This document shows positions 25,397 to 35,921 of a stretch of 64,000 nucleotides of DNA, piece by piece. The stretch is from contig OY775910.1 of assembly GCA_963675245.1 (NCBI GenBank), positions 256,001 through 320,000 of the forward strand. The letters are read 5' to 3'. Source of the DNA: Acholeplasmataceae bacterium (GTDB lineage: Bacteria > Bacillota_I > Bacilli_A > Acholeplasmatales > Acholeplasmataceae). Positions within the stretch are counted from its first letter, which is position 1, and the number at the start of each line of letters is the position of its first letter. Under the pieces are notes generated by a model, which searched no databases, was not told the origin of the DNA, and saw only the letters and a program-made list of their open reading frames with translations. The position numbers were made by a program, and so were the translations under genes.

Positions 25397-27088
25397 ATGC
25401 TAAAAGGTATTCCGGTCAGTCCAGGTTATGCAATTGCGAAAGTTCTAAAGTTTCAGGATATTCAATTTGATCATTCTAAAACGATTATTGAGAGTCCTAA
25501 AATTGAAATAGAACGTTATGAAGAAGCGATTAAAATTAGCGTCAAACAACTTGAAGAACTTAAAGCAGCGAATACACAAAAATTAGATGAAGAAACACTT
25601 CATATTTTTGATGCACATATCGCAATCGCAACCGATCCAGAATTCATTGATCAAGTTAAGCAGATGATTAAAACAGAATCATGTGGTTTAACATATGCAG
25701 TAACGACAGTTGTTGACTCTTTCGTTAGACTTTTTGAACATATGGCAGATGATTATTTAAAATCTCGTGCCAATGATTTATTAGAAGTGAAAGATCGCAT
25801 TTTAAGAAATGCACATCATCTTCCAATTATTGATCTTGAACAAATTAATCAACCGATTATTCTTGCTGTCTATGAATTAACCGCAGCTCAAGCAGCTCAA
25901 ATTAATCCTGAAATAGTATTAGGTTATATGAGCGAAATAGGTGGTAATACCTCTCATAGCGCGATTATCGCGAGACAAATTGGTTTACCAGCAGTGGTCG
26001 GTATATCTAATCTTATGAATAAAATCACTGATGGCGAAGACGTTATTTTAGATGCTATAGATGGTTTAGTGATTAATCAATATGATGAGAATATCAAATC
26101 GACTTATTTAAATAGAATAGCAATTTACGAACAGAAAAAAGAAGATTTAAAAAAACTGATAGGTCGTCCTACTATTTTAACGGATGGTACACAAGTTTCC
26201 ATAATGGCGAACATTGGTTCTGCAAAAGATCTTAAATATCTTGAAGATAATGTTGCTGATGGTGTGGGTTTATTTAGAACTGAACTAATGTATTTAGATC
26301 AAACAACGTTACCTACAGAAGATGACTTATTTGATGAATATAAAAAAGTATTAACTTTCTTTGGTGATAAACCCGTTACGATTAGAACACTTGATATCGG
26401 TGGTGACAAACCGTTACCTTATATTAATTTTAAATCAGAATATAATCCAGCTTTAGGTAATCGTGCGATTCGATTATCATTTACAAAGCCAGAACTTTTT
26501 CAAACCCAAATTAGAGCACTTTTACGTGCCAGTATCTATGGTAATATGCAAGTCATGTTTCCGATGATCGCAACCATTGATGAACTCACTCACGTCAAAG
26601 AAACGATGAAACTATGTGCAGAAGCGCTCGACAAAGAAAACATTCCTTATAAACCTTTTAAAGTAGGAATTATGATTGAAATTCCAGCTGCTGCGATTAT
26701 GGCAGATCAATTCGCACCACTTGTTGACTTCTTCTCAATTGGAACTAACGATCTTATTCAATATACATTTGCTGCAGACCGTACAAACCCCGATGTAGAT
26801 TATTTATATCAGCCTTTCCACCCTGTCATTACAAGACTCATAAAAATGGTGGTAGATGCTGCTAACAAGTCAAACATTAACGTCAGTGTATGTGGTGAAA
26901 TGGCTGGACATCCGATTGGCGCTAAATTATTAGTCGGTTTAGGTATTACATCATTATCGATGACACCTATTTCGATTCTTCCTATTAAAGATCAATTAAT
27001 GAAACTCTCTCATAAAGACTTAACTGAAAAAGCAAGAAAGGCTTTGTCTGCTTCTTCTGAAGTGGATATCATCAATCACTTTATTTAA
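25397..27088 (+). CDS. ptsI: PTS enzyme I
   Basis: GGNTSHSAI phospho-His, GVGLFRTE, RTLDIGGDK, SIGTNDL, CGEMA. Confidence 0.97.
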   Translation: MLKGIPVSPGYAIAKVLKFQDIQFDHSKTIIESPKIEIERYEEAIKISVKQLEELKAANTQKLDEETLHIFDAHIAIATDPEFIDQVKQMIKTESCGLTYAVTTVVDSFVRLFEHMADDYLKSRANDLLEVKDRILRNAHHLPIIDLEQINQPIILAVYELTAAQAAQINPEIVLGYMSEIGGNTSHSAIIARQIGLPAVVGISNLMNKITDGEDVILDAIDGLVINQYDENIKSTYLNRIAIYEQKKEDLKKLIGRPTILTDGTQVSIMANIGSAKDLKYLEDNVADGVGLFRTELMYLDQTTLPTEDDLFDEYKKVLTFFGDKPVTIRTLDIGGDKPLPYINFKSEYNPALGNRAIRLSFTKPELFQTQIRALLRASIYGNMQVMFPMIATIDELTHVKETMKLCAEALDKENIPYKPFKVGIMIEIPAAAIMADQFAPLVDFFSIGTNDLIQYTFAADRTNPDVDYLYQPFHPVITRLIKMVVDAANKSNINVSVCGEMAGHPIGAKLLVGLGITSLSMTPISILPIKDQLMKLSHKDLTEKARKALSASSEVDIINHFI

Positions 27089-27089
27089 T

Positions 27090-27121
27090 AAGGTATACTA
27101 AAATGTTTCAGTATACCTTTT
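27090..27121. terminator. Terminator after ptsI (could also end the minus-strand peptide transcript)
   Basis: AAGGTATACT...AGTATACCTTTT. Confidence 0.75.
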
Positions 27122-27200
27122 CTTTTATTAAACGCGAAAATTGCAGATTTTCATCTACAAGTTTCGGCTACTTGAATAATTATAGCTTAATAAAGTATAA

Positions 27201-27335
27201 TTAGTTCTGAGGCGGTATTGGCAATTCAGGTGGGAAATCATTTCCACCTGCTTGTACATTACTCGTCCCAATAGACATAGTTAAACTAAATAAAGATACA
27301 ATTATCGCAAGTAGCAATATGAATTTTTTCATCAT
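27201..27335 (-). CDS. Small secreted peptide precursor (44 aa), candidate RRNPP signalling propeptide
   Basis: Manual translation MMKKFILLLAIIVSLFSLTMSIGTSNVQAGGNDFPPELPIPPQN; G-run RBS; basic-hydrophobic-VQA signal peptide; divergent from Rgg-like gene. Confidence 0.75.
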   Translation of the reverse strand: MMKKFILLLAIIVSLFSLTMSIGTSNVQAGGNDFPPELPIPPQN

Positions 27336-27424
27336 ATTGCCCCCCCGGACACTTATATAATAAATGATTTTTTTTATTTACATAAGGGTCTGTAGGGCCC
27401 GTTTTTTAATCTAGAGGTATATAC

Positions 27425-28384
27425 ATGACACAAAGCCAAAAATACGCCATACAATTAGACAACCTTAGACGTAAACACAACTATACAGTTGATCATTTTT
27501 GTTCTGACATTGTAGACTCTAGAACCTTTAGAAGATATAAAACAGGTGAAAAAACATTATCGCATACAAAAATCGCTCAATTTTGTGAGCGTCTTAAAAT
27601 TAGCACTGCAGATTTCTATTTCGCATCAAAAAATGATGATGAAATTGAAACAAGAAAAATACTATCTATATATCGTCTTCTTACTGAAAGAAATTACAAA
27701 CAACTTTTTAAAGAAGCTTCTAAAATAGATAGAGACTATATTTTTGAAATTCAAAACAGACGTCTTTATGATTTTACAATTGCGAAAGCGAAATATGATC
27801 AAAATCTAATTACTCTTGAAGAGGCATATGACGTATTTACGAGTGTTGCTGATTATCCAACTTGTATTGATTATAAAATGTTCGACTTTGTCTCAATTAG
27901 TGCATTGGTTATTATTTCTGAATTTGAAGTCAAAGTGCATAAAGAATCCGCACTTCAACTTCTAATGGATATCCTTGTCACACCAAAAATGATTTATGCG
28001 AGTGAAGTAAACTCGAATATTATCCCAATCATTTATTTAGATGTATGTTTATACCTTTTAAGATTACATCGTTTTAAGGCAGCTAATTATATGGCAGATA
28101 GTGGTATAAAATTTGTATTGCCAAGAAGAGTCAGTACTGGTTTAGCCTTTTTCTATTACACCAAAGCTTATGCGTTATTAATGTTAGATGATATAAAAAA
28201 CGCTGAAATAAACGCCGTAAGATGTTTAATGACGACGATGGGTGAACAACGAGATGAAGATATTGAGAGATTCTATCGTATATTAAAAAAAGATTTTAAT
28301 AAAGATCCTTATCAATTTATTGAACATCATCTAAAATCATTATTTGATGAGACAATTGAAAGACAACAAAAAATCCCCAAATAG
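27425..28384 (+). CDS. Rgg/PlcR-like regulator (XRE HTH plus helical TPR-like domain)
   Basis: N-terminal LDNLRRKHNYT..FCSDIVDSRTFRRYKTGEK..FCERLKISTADF resembles the Rgg HTH; about 250-aa helical C-terminus. Confidence 0.75.
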   Translation: MTQSQKYAIQLDNLRRKHNYTVDHFCSDIVDSRTFRRYKTGEKTLSHTKIAQFCERLKISTADFYFASKNDDEIETRKILSIYRLLTERNYKQLFKEASKIDRDYIFEIQNRRLYDFTIAKAKYDQNLITLEEAYDVFTSVADYPTCIDYKMFDFVSISALVIISEFEVKVHKESALQLLMDILVTPKMIYASEVNSNIIPIIYLDVCLYLLRLHRFKAANYMADSGIKFVLPRRVSTGLAFFYYTKAYALLMLDDIKNAEINAVRCLMTTMGEQRDEDIERFYRILKKDFNKDPYQFIEHHLKSLFDETIERQQKIPK

Positions 28385-28395
28385 GGGATTTTTTT
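28368..28395. terminator. Bidirectional terminator
   Basis: AAAAAATCCCC-AAATA-GGGGATTTTTT. Confidence 0.85.
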
Positions 28396-28396
28396 G

Positions 28397-29998
28397 TTAA
28401 CCTTGAAATTTATTGAATATGCTACTTGATTTAAATCTAATGACATACCAACAAGGAATGGCGATAACGACATTAACAACTGCTAGTAACAAGAATGCGA
28501 TTGCTAAATTCATGTCAATAAAAGCATAAAAATATAGTAAACCATTGATTGCTAACATCGAGAAGCCAGCAAATATCGCGATAATAATACTTAATGATTG
28601 TTTCACAACTTCTACCTCATTTGAAAACTCAAACTTAGGAACTAACATGTTAACAATTGCGTATAATAAGGATATTGCAGCTCCAAATGATAAGAATAAT
28701 AAAATCATCGAAAGTTGATTCACTAATATGATTTGAGATGAAATACCAAAGAGTATCGTACCAAAGAAAACGATTGGTACGATTAAAACCATGTTTAATA
28801 ATACCTTTGAATACATCACTTTATAAGGTTCAATTGGCAAACTCTTAATGACCCATAACTTCTTACCTTCTAATGATAGAGAAACCGCTGAAGTTGTTGT
28901 CATCATAATGGCAAATAAAATTAACACAACAATGACTAACTCACCAGCAATCATTCCACCCATTTCTTGTTGTAAGAAACTCATAATTTGATCACCAAAA
29001 AATAAACTAGCGACCCCAAGAACAAGAACAATCACAACCCCAAACAACGTATTTAAAGCGTAATTCACACCAGCAAATAATCGTTTAATTTCTTTCTTTA
29101 CAAGTGTGATAATAATATCTTCTTGCTGTAATTTAGCAGGGCCTTTTTTACTGTGTGTCACACTCTTAATGCCACGTTTATTTGTGTAAACAGCGAGTTT
29201 TTCACCACCATAAATAAAACCAGCAAACAATAAACCATGTGATCCCAATAAATATAATACACTTAACCAATCATGACTAGCTATCGCATTTTGGAACCAC
29301 ATAAGTGGTGGATATGCTTCTCCTATACCTTTAAACAAATCAATTTGTCCGGTTAATGGATTAACATCAACACTATTAAACTGAAACATCAAAAACATAA
29401 ATCCAAATAAGACGACAAACAATAAGATAATATAAAGTATTTTACCTACTCTTAACTTTGCTGTTCCCATCGCAATCAGTAATGATATTAATGAAAATAG
29501 TGCTACTGGTATGAGTGGTAATGCAAAACCTAACACAATGACAAGTACTAATGATAAGACATCTAAACCTTGCCAATAAAAGTATGAAAATATAATGGGT
29601 AATATACCTACTAATGTCATTACATATAACAACGAAATCATAACAATGAGTTTAGCTAAAAAAATCGTTCTTGATTTAATTGGTAGATGACCAACAATAT
29701 CGTAATCTTTATAATAAAACAGTGAACCACTTGCTAAAAACAATGTCAAAAATACTGGAAAAGCAATTAAAAATACACCTAGAAAGCTAAGTAGTATTTG
29801 AATTTGTCCCATCTCATGAAGTACTTCTCCAAGATTAAAGAACATCCAACCAAATAAGCCAACAATAGCACCAACACCATATACTATAGCAACCCCTATG
29901 AGGATTGTTTTGGCTTTGTTTTTCTTTAAATCAAATCCAAAAAGTCTTTTAAAAGAAAAACTATTTTTATAATAAACCTTTAACAAATTTCCTAACAT
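28397..29998 (-). CDS. ABC-2-type exporter permease
   Basis: About 12 TM segments, SLEGKKLW..KSLP motif; follows an ABC ATPase. Confidence 0.85.
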   Translation of the reverse strand: MLGNLLKVYYKNSFSFKRLFGFDLKKNKAKTILIGVAIVYGVGAIVGLFGWMFFNLGEVLHEMGQIQILLSFLGVFLIAFPVFLTLFLASGSLFYYKDYDIVGHLPIKSRTIFLAKLIVMISLLYVMTLVGILPIIFSYFYWQGLDVLSLVLVIVLGFALPLIPVALFSLISLLIAMGTAKLRVGKILYIILLFVVLFGFMFLMFQFNSVDVNPLTGQIDLFKGIGEAYPPLMWFQNAIASHDWLSVLYLLGSHGLLFAGFIYGGEKLAVYTNKRGIKSVTHSKKGPAKLQQEDIIITLVKKEIKRLFAGVNYALNTLFGVVIVLVLGVASLFFGDQIMSFLQQEMGGMIAGELVIVVLILFAIMMTTTSAVSLSLEGKKLWVIKSLPIEPYKVMYSKVLLNMVLIVPIVFFGTILFGISSQIILVNQLSMILLFLSFGAAISLLYAIVNMLVPKFEFSNEVEVVKQSLSIIIAIFAGFSMLAINGLLYFYAFIDMNLAIAFLLLAVVNVVIAIPCWYVIRFKSSSIFNKFQG

Positions 29999-30711
29999 TA
30001 TGACTCACTCGCAATCTCCATGAAGATGGATTCTAGTGATGTATTTGAAATAATATGTTCTGTTTTGTCATTCGCAACGATTTCACCATTTTTGATAATC
30101 GCTACTTTGTTACATAATTTTTCTACGACTTCTAAAACGTGCGTTGAGAAAAAGATCGCTGATCCCGCTTCAACGAGTTTCTTAAATTCTTCTTTTAACA
30201 AAAATGATGCTTGTGGATCTAATCCGACAAATGGTTCATCTAATAAGAACACTTTTGGTTTATGAATAAGTGCACCAATTAAAACAATTTTTTGTTTCAT
30301 CCCGTGTGAATAGGATGCGATTTGGTCATTTAAAACATCTGTCATGCCAAACATCGTTGCATATTTATTAACAAGTTGTCTTCTTTCATCAGTAGAAACA
30401 TCAAACACATCTGCCATAAAATTCAAATATTGGGCACCTGTTAATACCTCATAAACATCTGGATTGTCGGGAATATAGGCAATTTCTTTTTTCACTAAAA
30501 TCGGATTTTTTTTAACATCATGTCCATTTACTTGAATGGATCCTTCATCAAAATCAATAATACCAGCAATGGACTTTAATAATGTTGTTTTACCCGCACC
30601 ATTATGTCCGACAAAACCATAAATGTCACCTGCTTCAATGTCTAAAGAAACATGATTGCAAGCTTTCTTTTTACCATCATAACTTTTTGAAACATTTTTA
30701 ATTTGAAGCAT
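29998..30711 (-). CDS. ABC exporter ATP-binding protein
   Basis: GHNGAGKTT, YSHGMKQK, LLDEPFVGLDP. Confidence 0.95.
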   Translation of the reverse strand: MLQIKNVSKSYDGKKKACNHVSLDIEAGDIYGFVGHNGAGKTTLLKSIAGIIDFDEGSIQVNGHDVKKNPILVKKEIAYIPDNPDVYEVLTGAQYLNFMADVFDVSTDERRQLVNKYATMFGMTDVLNDQIASYSHGMKQKIVLIGALIHKPKVFLLDEPFVGLDPQASFLLKEEFKKLVEAGSAIFFSTHVLEVVEKLCNKVAIIKNGEIVANDKTEHIISNTSLESIFMEIASES

Positions 30712-30717
30712 GTTCCA

Positions 30718-31977
30718 TCACTCCTTAGTTTTGTGATTGTTTTTATGAAATGCTTTACCAAAATAACCTTTGATTCGCTTACCAAATTTTGTTTGATCAT
30801 AATTTAAGATCGCGACGCGATAAACTGGACTGACAATATATAAACTACCAATTAAACAAACAATGACCACGGCTAATGCAATCAGTGCTTCACCTACGCT
30901 TAGTGCACCACTTGCAAACGCAACAGGGGCAACTATCGGTGTAAATATAGGAATGAATGAAGCAATTTTTAAAATCATCTCTCCACCGGCTATTCCAGAG
31001 AATATCGCGATATAAAATCCAACGAGTAACGTCATCATAATTGGTGTTTGAAATTGTTGATAATCTTCTTGTGTCACTGCCATACTCGCAAACATGGCTG
31101 AATAGGTAAGATAAAATAATGTCCCCACAAGCATAAACGCGAACGATAAAACAATTAACATTTGCCAATTTGGGATGGCTTGTCCAATATACGCTAGTAA
31201 ATTCGTTGTATCACCAAATTCAGTAGTGCTTGAGGCACTTCCTCCAAACAATAATGTCGCGATAAATCCATAAACGAGAATCAATCCACCTTGTATTGAT
31301 ACAAATAAGATGGCTGCTGTTATTTTCGATAGGAAATGAGTTTTTGCTGGTACGCTCGCAATAATCGTTTCTATTGCTTTTGTAGATTTTTCTTCAATAA
31401 TATCAACACCAACAAATTGAGTCGCCATCGTAATCAATAAAAAGAGCGGTAATACTAATAAACTTGATAACGATGAAATCATTGCAGTTTGTTCAGGATC
31501 TTCATAATCATCTGCATAATATGGCGTGATTACAGGGCTTTGATAACCAGGAATATCATACTCAATAAATTGGAGTTCAATCATATTAGCAAACAACTGG
31601 TTATACTCAGGATATTTACTATAAATGCTTATTGCGTTCGCACTTTCAACAACCAAAACAACATCTAGTTCACCATCATTCCAAAATGCTTCTGAATCAA
31701 ATGCATTCATGTCTTCAGTTATCACATAAAACGGTGTTGTTAATCCAGCATTTAATCTAGCACTTAAATCAGTTACTAGTGTGGGTTCTGTCGTTTCATT
31801 ATAGACAACTACTTGCATATTTGTCATTGTATCATTACTGCTAAAAGTACTGATGATAGCTGGTAAGTTAATAATGACCGTTAATAATAAGAATACTAAT
31901 ATATTCGAAATAATAAATGCCCGACGTTTGATACGTTTAAATAGGCCGTATTTCACCAAAAATCTAAATTTCTTCAT
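30718..31977 (-). CDS. ABC-2 permease (YhaP/NatB-like)
   Basis: EEKSTKAIETIIASV motif; 1+5 TM topology. Confidence 0.85.
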   Translation of the reverse strand: MKKFRFLVKYGLFKRIKRRAFIISNILVFLLLTVIINLPAIISTFSSNDTMTNMQVVVYNETTEPTLVTDLSARLNAGLTTPFYVITEDMNAFDSEAFWNDGELDVVLVVESANAISIYSKYPEYNQLFANMIELQFIEYDIPGYQSPVITPYYADDYEDPEQTAMISSLSSLLVLPLFLLITMATQFVGVDIIEEKSTKAIETIIASVPAKTHFLSKITAAILFVSIQGGLILVYGFIATLLFGGSASSTTEFGDTTNLLAYIGQAIPNWQMLIVLSFAFMLVGTLFYLTYSAMFASMAVTQEDYQQFQTPIMMTLLVGFYIAIFSGIAGGEMILKIASFIPIFTPIVAPVAFASGALSVGEALIALAVVIVCLIGSLYIVSPVYRVAILNYDQTKFGKRIKGYFGKAFHKNNHKTKE

Positions 31978-32866
31978 GATTTCGCCCTACTTTCGCAATA
32001 AATATTTCACTTAAACTTGCTTGCTCAACATCATATTTAATAATGTGATCACACGTTTTAATGTAATCAAAAACTTGTTTTGAGACTTCCTCGTTTTCGA
32101 TTCTAACGATTGTTTCGATTAAATTTTGTTCAACATCATACACACCTGGAATACCCTTAAGATGTTCTATATCAATATCGCCAATCATTTTAATTTTATG
32201 TTTTTTAAAATTCTTTTTAATATCCGTTAATTTACCCTCAATGACTGCTTTACCTTTTTCAAGTACGATCACTTCTTCACAAAACTGTTCTACATGATCA
32301 AGTTGATGAGATGAGAAAACCACCATCGCTCCACGTTTTTTGAAATCATGGATGACATCAACAAAGAGTTCTGTATTAATTGGGTCTAAACCACTAAATG
32401 GTTCATCTAATACTAATAACTTAGGGTTATTAATTAGTGCAGCAATAAACTGAATCTTTTGCTGATTCCCTTTTGACAGTTCTTTAATTTTTTTATTCTT
32501 GTACTCAACAATGTCAAATCGTTTCAACCAATAATCTAAACGTTCCAAAATATCATGAGGAGCCATATCTTTTAATTGACCGAAATATAGCATGAGTTCT
32601 TTAACTGTTATCTTTGTTAACAAGCTTCTTTCTTCAATCATATAACCAATCTCATTGACATCCGCATAAGATATTGGGTGTCCGTTTAATAAGACTTCCC
32701 CTTCTGTCGGTTCAATCAATCCCATAATCATACGGAAAGTCGTCGTTTTACCAGCACCGTTAGTTCCTAACAAGCCAAAAATCGCTCCCGGTTTTAAGGT
32801 GAACGATAAATGGTCAACTGCGACTAAATCTCCGTACATCATTTTTGCATTTTTTACTTCAAGCAT
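31964..32866 (-). CDS. ABC ATP-binding protein (YhaQ-like)
   Basis: GTNGAGKTT, LSKGNQQKIQ, LDEPFSGLDP. Confidence 0.93.
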   Translation of the reverse strand: MLEVKNAKMMYGDLVAVDHLSFTLKPGAIFGLLGTNGAGKTTTFRMIMGLIEPTEGEVLLNGHPISYADVNEIGYMIEERSLLTKITVKELMLYFGQLKDMAPHDILERLDYWLKRFDIVEYKNKKIKELSKGNQQKIQFIAALINNPKLLVLDEPFSGLDPINTELFVDVIHDFKKRGAMVVFSSHQLDHVEQFCEEVIVLEKGKAVIEGKLTDIKKNFKKHKIKMIGDIDIEHLKGIPGVYDVEQNLIETIVRIENEEVSKQVFDYIKTCDHIIKYDVEQASLSEIFIAKVGRNHEEI

Positions 32867-32938
32867 AGATGTACCCCTTTTCTTTTATTCGCTTATATTA
32901 TACATCAATTATTATAAATTATCAATAATTATTTTTTG

Positions 32939-34846
32939 TTATTTACGTACCATCTTAATAAACTCTTCTAATGACACTGTCACTTGTTTCTGTGAACCAT
33001 ACGCACGATAGGTCACAAGTGACTCATCTCTTTCCTTATCGCCTAATACAAATGAATATGGAATTTTAAGTGTTTGAACCTCTCTAATCTTATAACCAAG
33101 TTTTTCATCACGCAAATCAAGTTCAACACGATACCCTTCGTTTTGCAACTGATCTCTGACTAGTTCTGCATATGCCCTGTGATATTCATTATGCACAGGT
33201 AACACACGTACTTGAACAGGTGCTAACCAGAATGGGAATGCACCTTTATATTCTTCAGTTAAATAGGCAACAAAGCGTTCCATGGTTGATACAATACCTC
33301 TATGAATCACCACTGGACGATGATCGTTTTTACCATCTTCACCAACGTATGTTAATTCAAAACGTTCAGGTAATAAGAAGTCCAATTGAATGGTCGATAA
33401 TGTTTCAGCATTGCCTAAAGCGGTTTTGACTTGAACGTCTAATTTAGGCCCATAGAATGCAGCTTCACCTTCTGCTTCATAATAATCCATACCTAAATCA
33501 TCCATCGCTTCTTTCAGCATACTTTCAGCCTTATTCCACATCGCATCATCTGGATAATATTTTTCTTTATCTTCAGCGTCACGATAAGATAATCTGAATT
33601 CATACTCTGTAATATTAAAGTCTTTATAGACAGCTAATAATAGATTAACTGTTCGTTTAAACTCTTCTTTGATTTGATCAGGTCTCACGAAAATATGGGC
33701 ATCATTAAGTGTCATTTCCCTCACACGTTGTAATCCCGATAATGCACCTGATTTTTCATAGCGATGCATCATACCAAGTTCTGCAATTCTAATTGGTAGT
33801 TCTCTATAACTGTGAATGTCGTTTTTATAGATAAGCATATGATGAGGGCAGTTCATTGGTCGTAACACAAGCATTTCGCCTTCTTTTGTGACCATTGGCG
33901 GAAACATTGAGTCTTGATAATGATCCCAATGTCCTGACGTTTTATAAAGATCAGCATTCGCCAAAATTGGCGTATAGACATGAAGATATCCTAAACTAAT
34001 TTCTTTGTCAGTAATATATCTTTCAACAACACGTCTAATCGTTGCACCTTTTGGTAACCAGAAAGGTAAGCCTGACCCAGCTTCTTGACTTAACATGAAT
34101 AAATCAAGTTCTTTACCAATTTTACGATGGTCTCTTTGTTTTCTTTCTTCTAAGAGTTCAAGATAATCATCTAAATCTTTAGCAGAGAAAAAGGCTGTAC
34201 CATAAATACGCTGTAACATTTTATTGTTTGAGTCACCGCGCCAATATGCACCAGCTAAGCTGAGTAATTTAAAGTGTTTAATCTCAGCTGAGTTTCTGAC
34301 ATGGCCACCACGACATAAATCAGTAAAATGACCTTGTGTATATACTGATAGTTGATCATCTTTATAATCTTCGATAATGGCTAATTTGTATGGGTCATTT
34401 TTAAAAATATCTTTCGCTTCTTCATAACTAACTTCTCTTCTGACAATATCGTCACCATCTTTGGCTAATGATTTCATTTTAGCTTCAATTTTTGCTAAAT
34501 CGTCATCACCGATATTTTCTCCAAAATCTACATCATAATAAAAACCTTCTTCAATATATGGTCCCACACCAAAACAAGCACCTGGATATAATTCAGTAAT
34601 TGCCTGAGCCATTAAATGTGCTGCACTATGTCTTAATACATTGAGTGAACGATTATCTTTTTCAGTGAGTAGCTCTAACTTACCATCTTCTAATAATGGT
34701 CTTGTGATTTCAATATAGTTGTCATTGAACATAGCTGCTAATGATTTTTTCGCTAAACTAACTGCAATCCCACTTGCAATATCAAATGGTGTTACACCCT
34801 TTTTAAATTGTTTGACTGATCCATCTGGAAATGTAATGTTTATCAT
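32939..34846 (-). CDS. thrS: Threonine--tRNA ligase
   Basis: TGS domain, [24 protein letters not shown]. Confidence 0.98.
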   Translation of the reverse strand: MINITFPDGSVKQFKKGVTPFDIASGIAVSLAKKSLAAMFNDNYIEITRPLLEDGKLELLTEKDNRSLNVLRHSAAHLMAQAITELYPGACFGVGPYIEEGFYYDVDFGENIGDDDLAKIEAKMKSLAKDGDDIVRREVSYEEAKDIFKNDPYKLAIIEDYKDDQLSVYTQGHFTDLCRGGHVRNSAEIKHFKLLSLAGAYWRGDSNNKMLQRIYGTAFFSAKDLDDYLELLEERKQRDHRKIGKELDLFMLSQEAGSGLPFWLPKGATIRRVVERYITDKEISLGYLHVYTPILANADLYKTSGHWDHYQDSMFPPMVTKEGEMLVLRPMNCPHHMLIYKNDIHSYRELPIRIAELGMMHRYEKSGALSGLQRVREMTLNDAHIFVRPDQIKEEFKRTVNLLLAVYKDFNITEYEFRLSYRDAEDKEKYYPDDAMWNKAESMLKEAMDDLGMDYYEAEGEAAFYGPKLDVQVKTALGNAETLSTIQLDFLLPERFELTYVGEDGKNDHRPVVIHRGIVSTMERFVAYLTEEYKGAFPFWLAPVQVRVLPVHNEYHRAYAELVRDQLQNEGYRVELDLRDEKLGYKIREVQTLKIPYSFVLGDKERDESLVTYRAYGSQKQVTVSLEEFIKMVRK

Positions 34847-34860
34847 AATATCCTCCTTTA

Positions 34861-35066
34861 AATAAAAAAGTCCCTAGATTAATATCTAAGGACGAATAAT
34901 TCGCGGTACCACCTTAGTTCCAGAGATGTCTCTGGCCCTCAAATCCTTTAACGCAGGCATACGGATGACCTTTTCGTCATCAACTCTCAAGGGAGTACCC
35001 TCATCGACTCGTAGCTTTCACCGTCCTACGTCGCTAAATGGATAAGGTATTGTCCTTGTTCATCGT
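34861..35066 (-). promoter_or_regulatory. T-box riboswitch leader (Thr)
   Basis: AAGGTGGTACCGCG at 34902-34915; GGTGAAA apical motif; likely specifier ACT (Thr) at 34994-34996. Confidence 0.92.
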
Positions 35067-35108
35067 AGATACTATTATTGTATCAAATTGCCCTCTATAA
35101 GGCAATCA

Positions 35109-35921
35109 CTAATGATCAAATTTCTTTTCTGATAATTTAACATATACCATGAGATCTTGCATCCGTTGAATCAAACGACCAGCTTTTGATCGATCAGAAC
35201 CATCTTTTGCTAACGTTAAATTCGTTGCGAGTTCAACAAATGAATAATTTGAACTCATGAATACTGGAAGTTTTGCAGATAAACGATATTGCAAGACGGG
35301 AACGATAATTTCATCTCTGAACCATGTTGACATGTTTTCTCCACCAAAATCATCCATCATAAGAATATCTGCTTGTTTGAGTTTATTCACACGTTCTTCT
35401 AAGTTACCTTCATTCATACCTTGCTTAATCGAACGAATAAGATCAGGCATATATACAAAGAGTACTGTAATACCTCTTTCAGCAAGTTCCTGTGCAATGG
35501 CAGATAATAAATAACTCTTACCTGTTGCGTATTTACCGTAAATAAACAATCCTTTTTCATAGTGATCTTTTTTATACAGTGTCAAAAATGATTCAGCTGC
35601 TTGCAACGCTTTTTCTCTTTCTTCATTAAAGATATCGAATTCAACAATTGACGCATCCTGAATATAAATTTCACTATCATAAAATCTCAGATTGTCTCTA
35701 ATACGTTCCCTTTTTTCTGCAAGTTGTCTTTCTTTTGTTGGACGATAATAAACTTCAATGTAAGGATCTGTTCTCAATCTGATTTCATAACCATCTCTTA
35801 CAGGGTTAGTTTTCTTTTGTAAGAGATAATTATACACTTTGTTCACATCGACATCCAATAGACTTAAGTTCTTCGTTTCCGGATTTTTTTCGATGAACTT
35901 TCTCATATCATTTATGTTCAT
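35109..35921 (-). CDS. dnaI: Primosomal helicase loader
   Basis: GKYATGKS Walker A, DDFGGE..S.W.RDE; follows dnaB. Confidence 0.9.
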   Translation of the reverse strand: MNINDMRKFIEKNPETKNLSLLDVDVNKVYNYLLQKKTNPVRDGYEIRLRTDPYIEVYYRPTKERQLAEKRERIRDNLRFYDSEIYIQDASIVEFDIFNEEREKALQAAESFLTLYKKDHYEKGLFIYGKYATGKSYLLSAIAQELAERGITVLFVYMPDLIRSIKQGMNEGNLEERVNKLKQADILMMDDFGGENMSTWFRDEIIVPVLQYRLSAKLPVFMSSNYSFVELATNLTLAKDGSDRSKAGRLIQRMQDLMVYVKLSEKKFDH

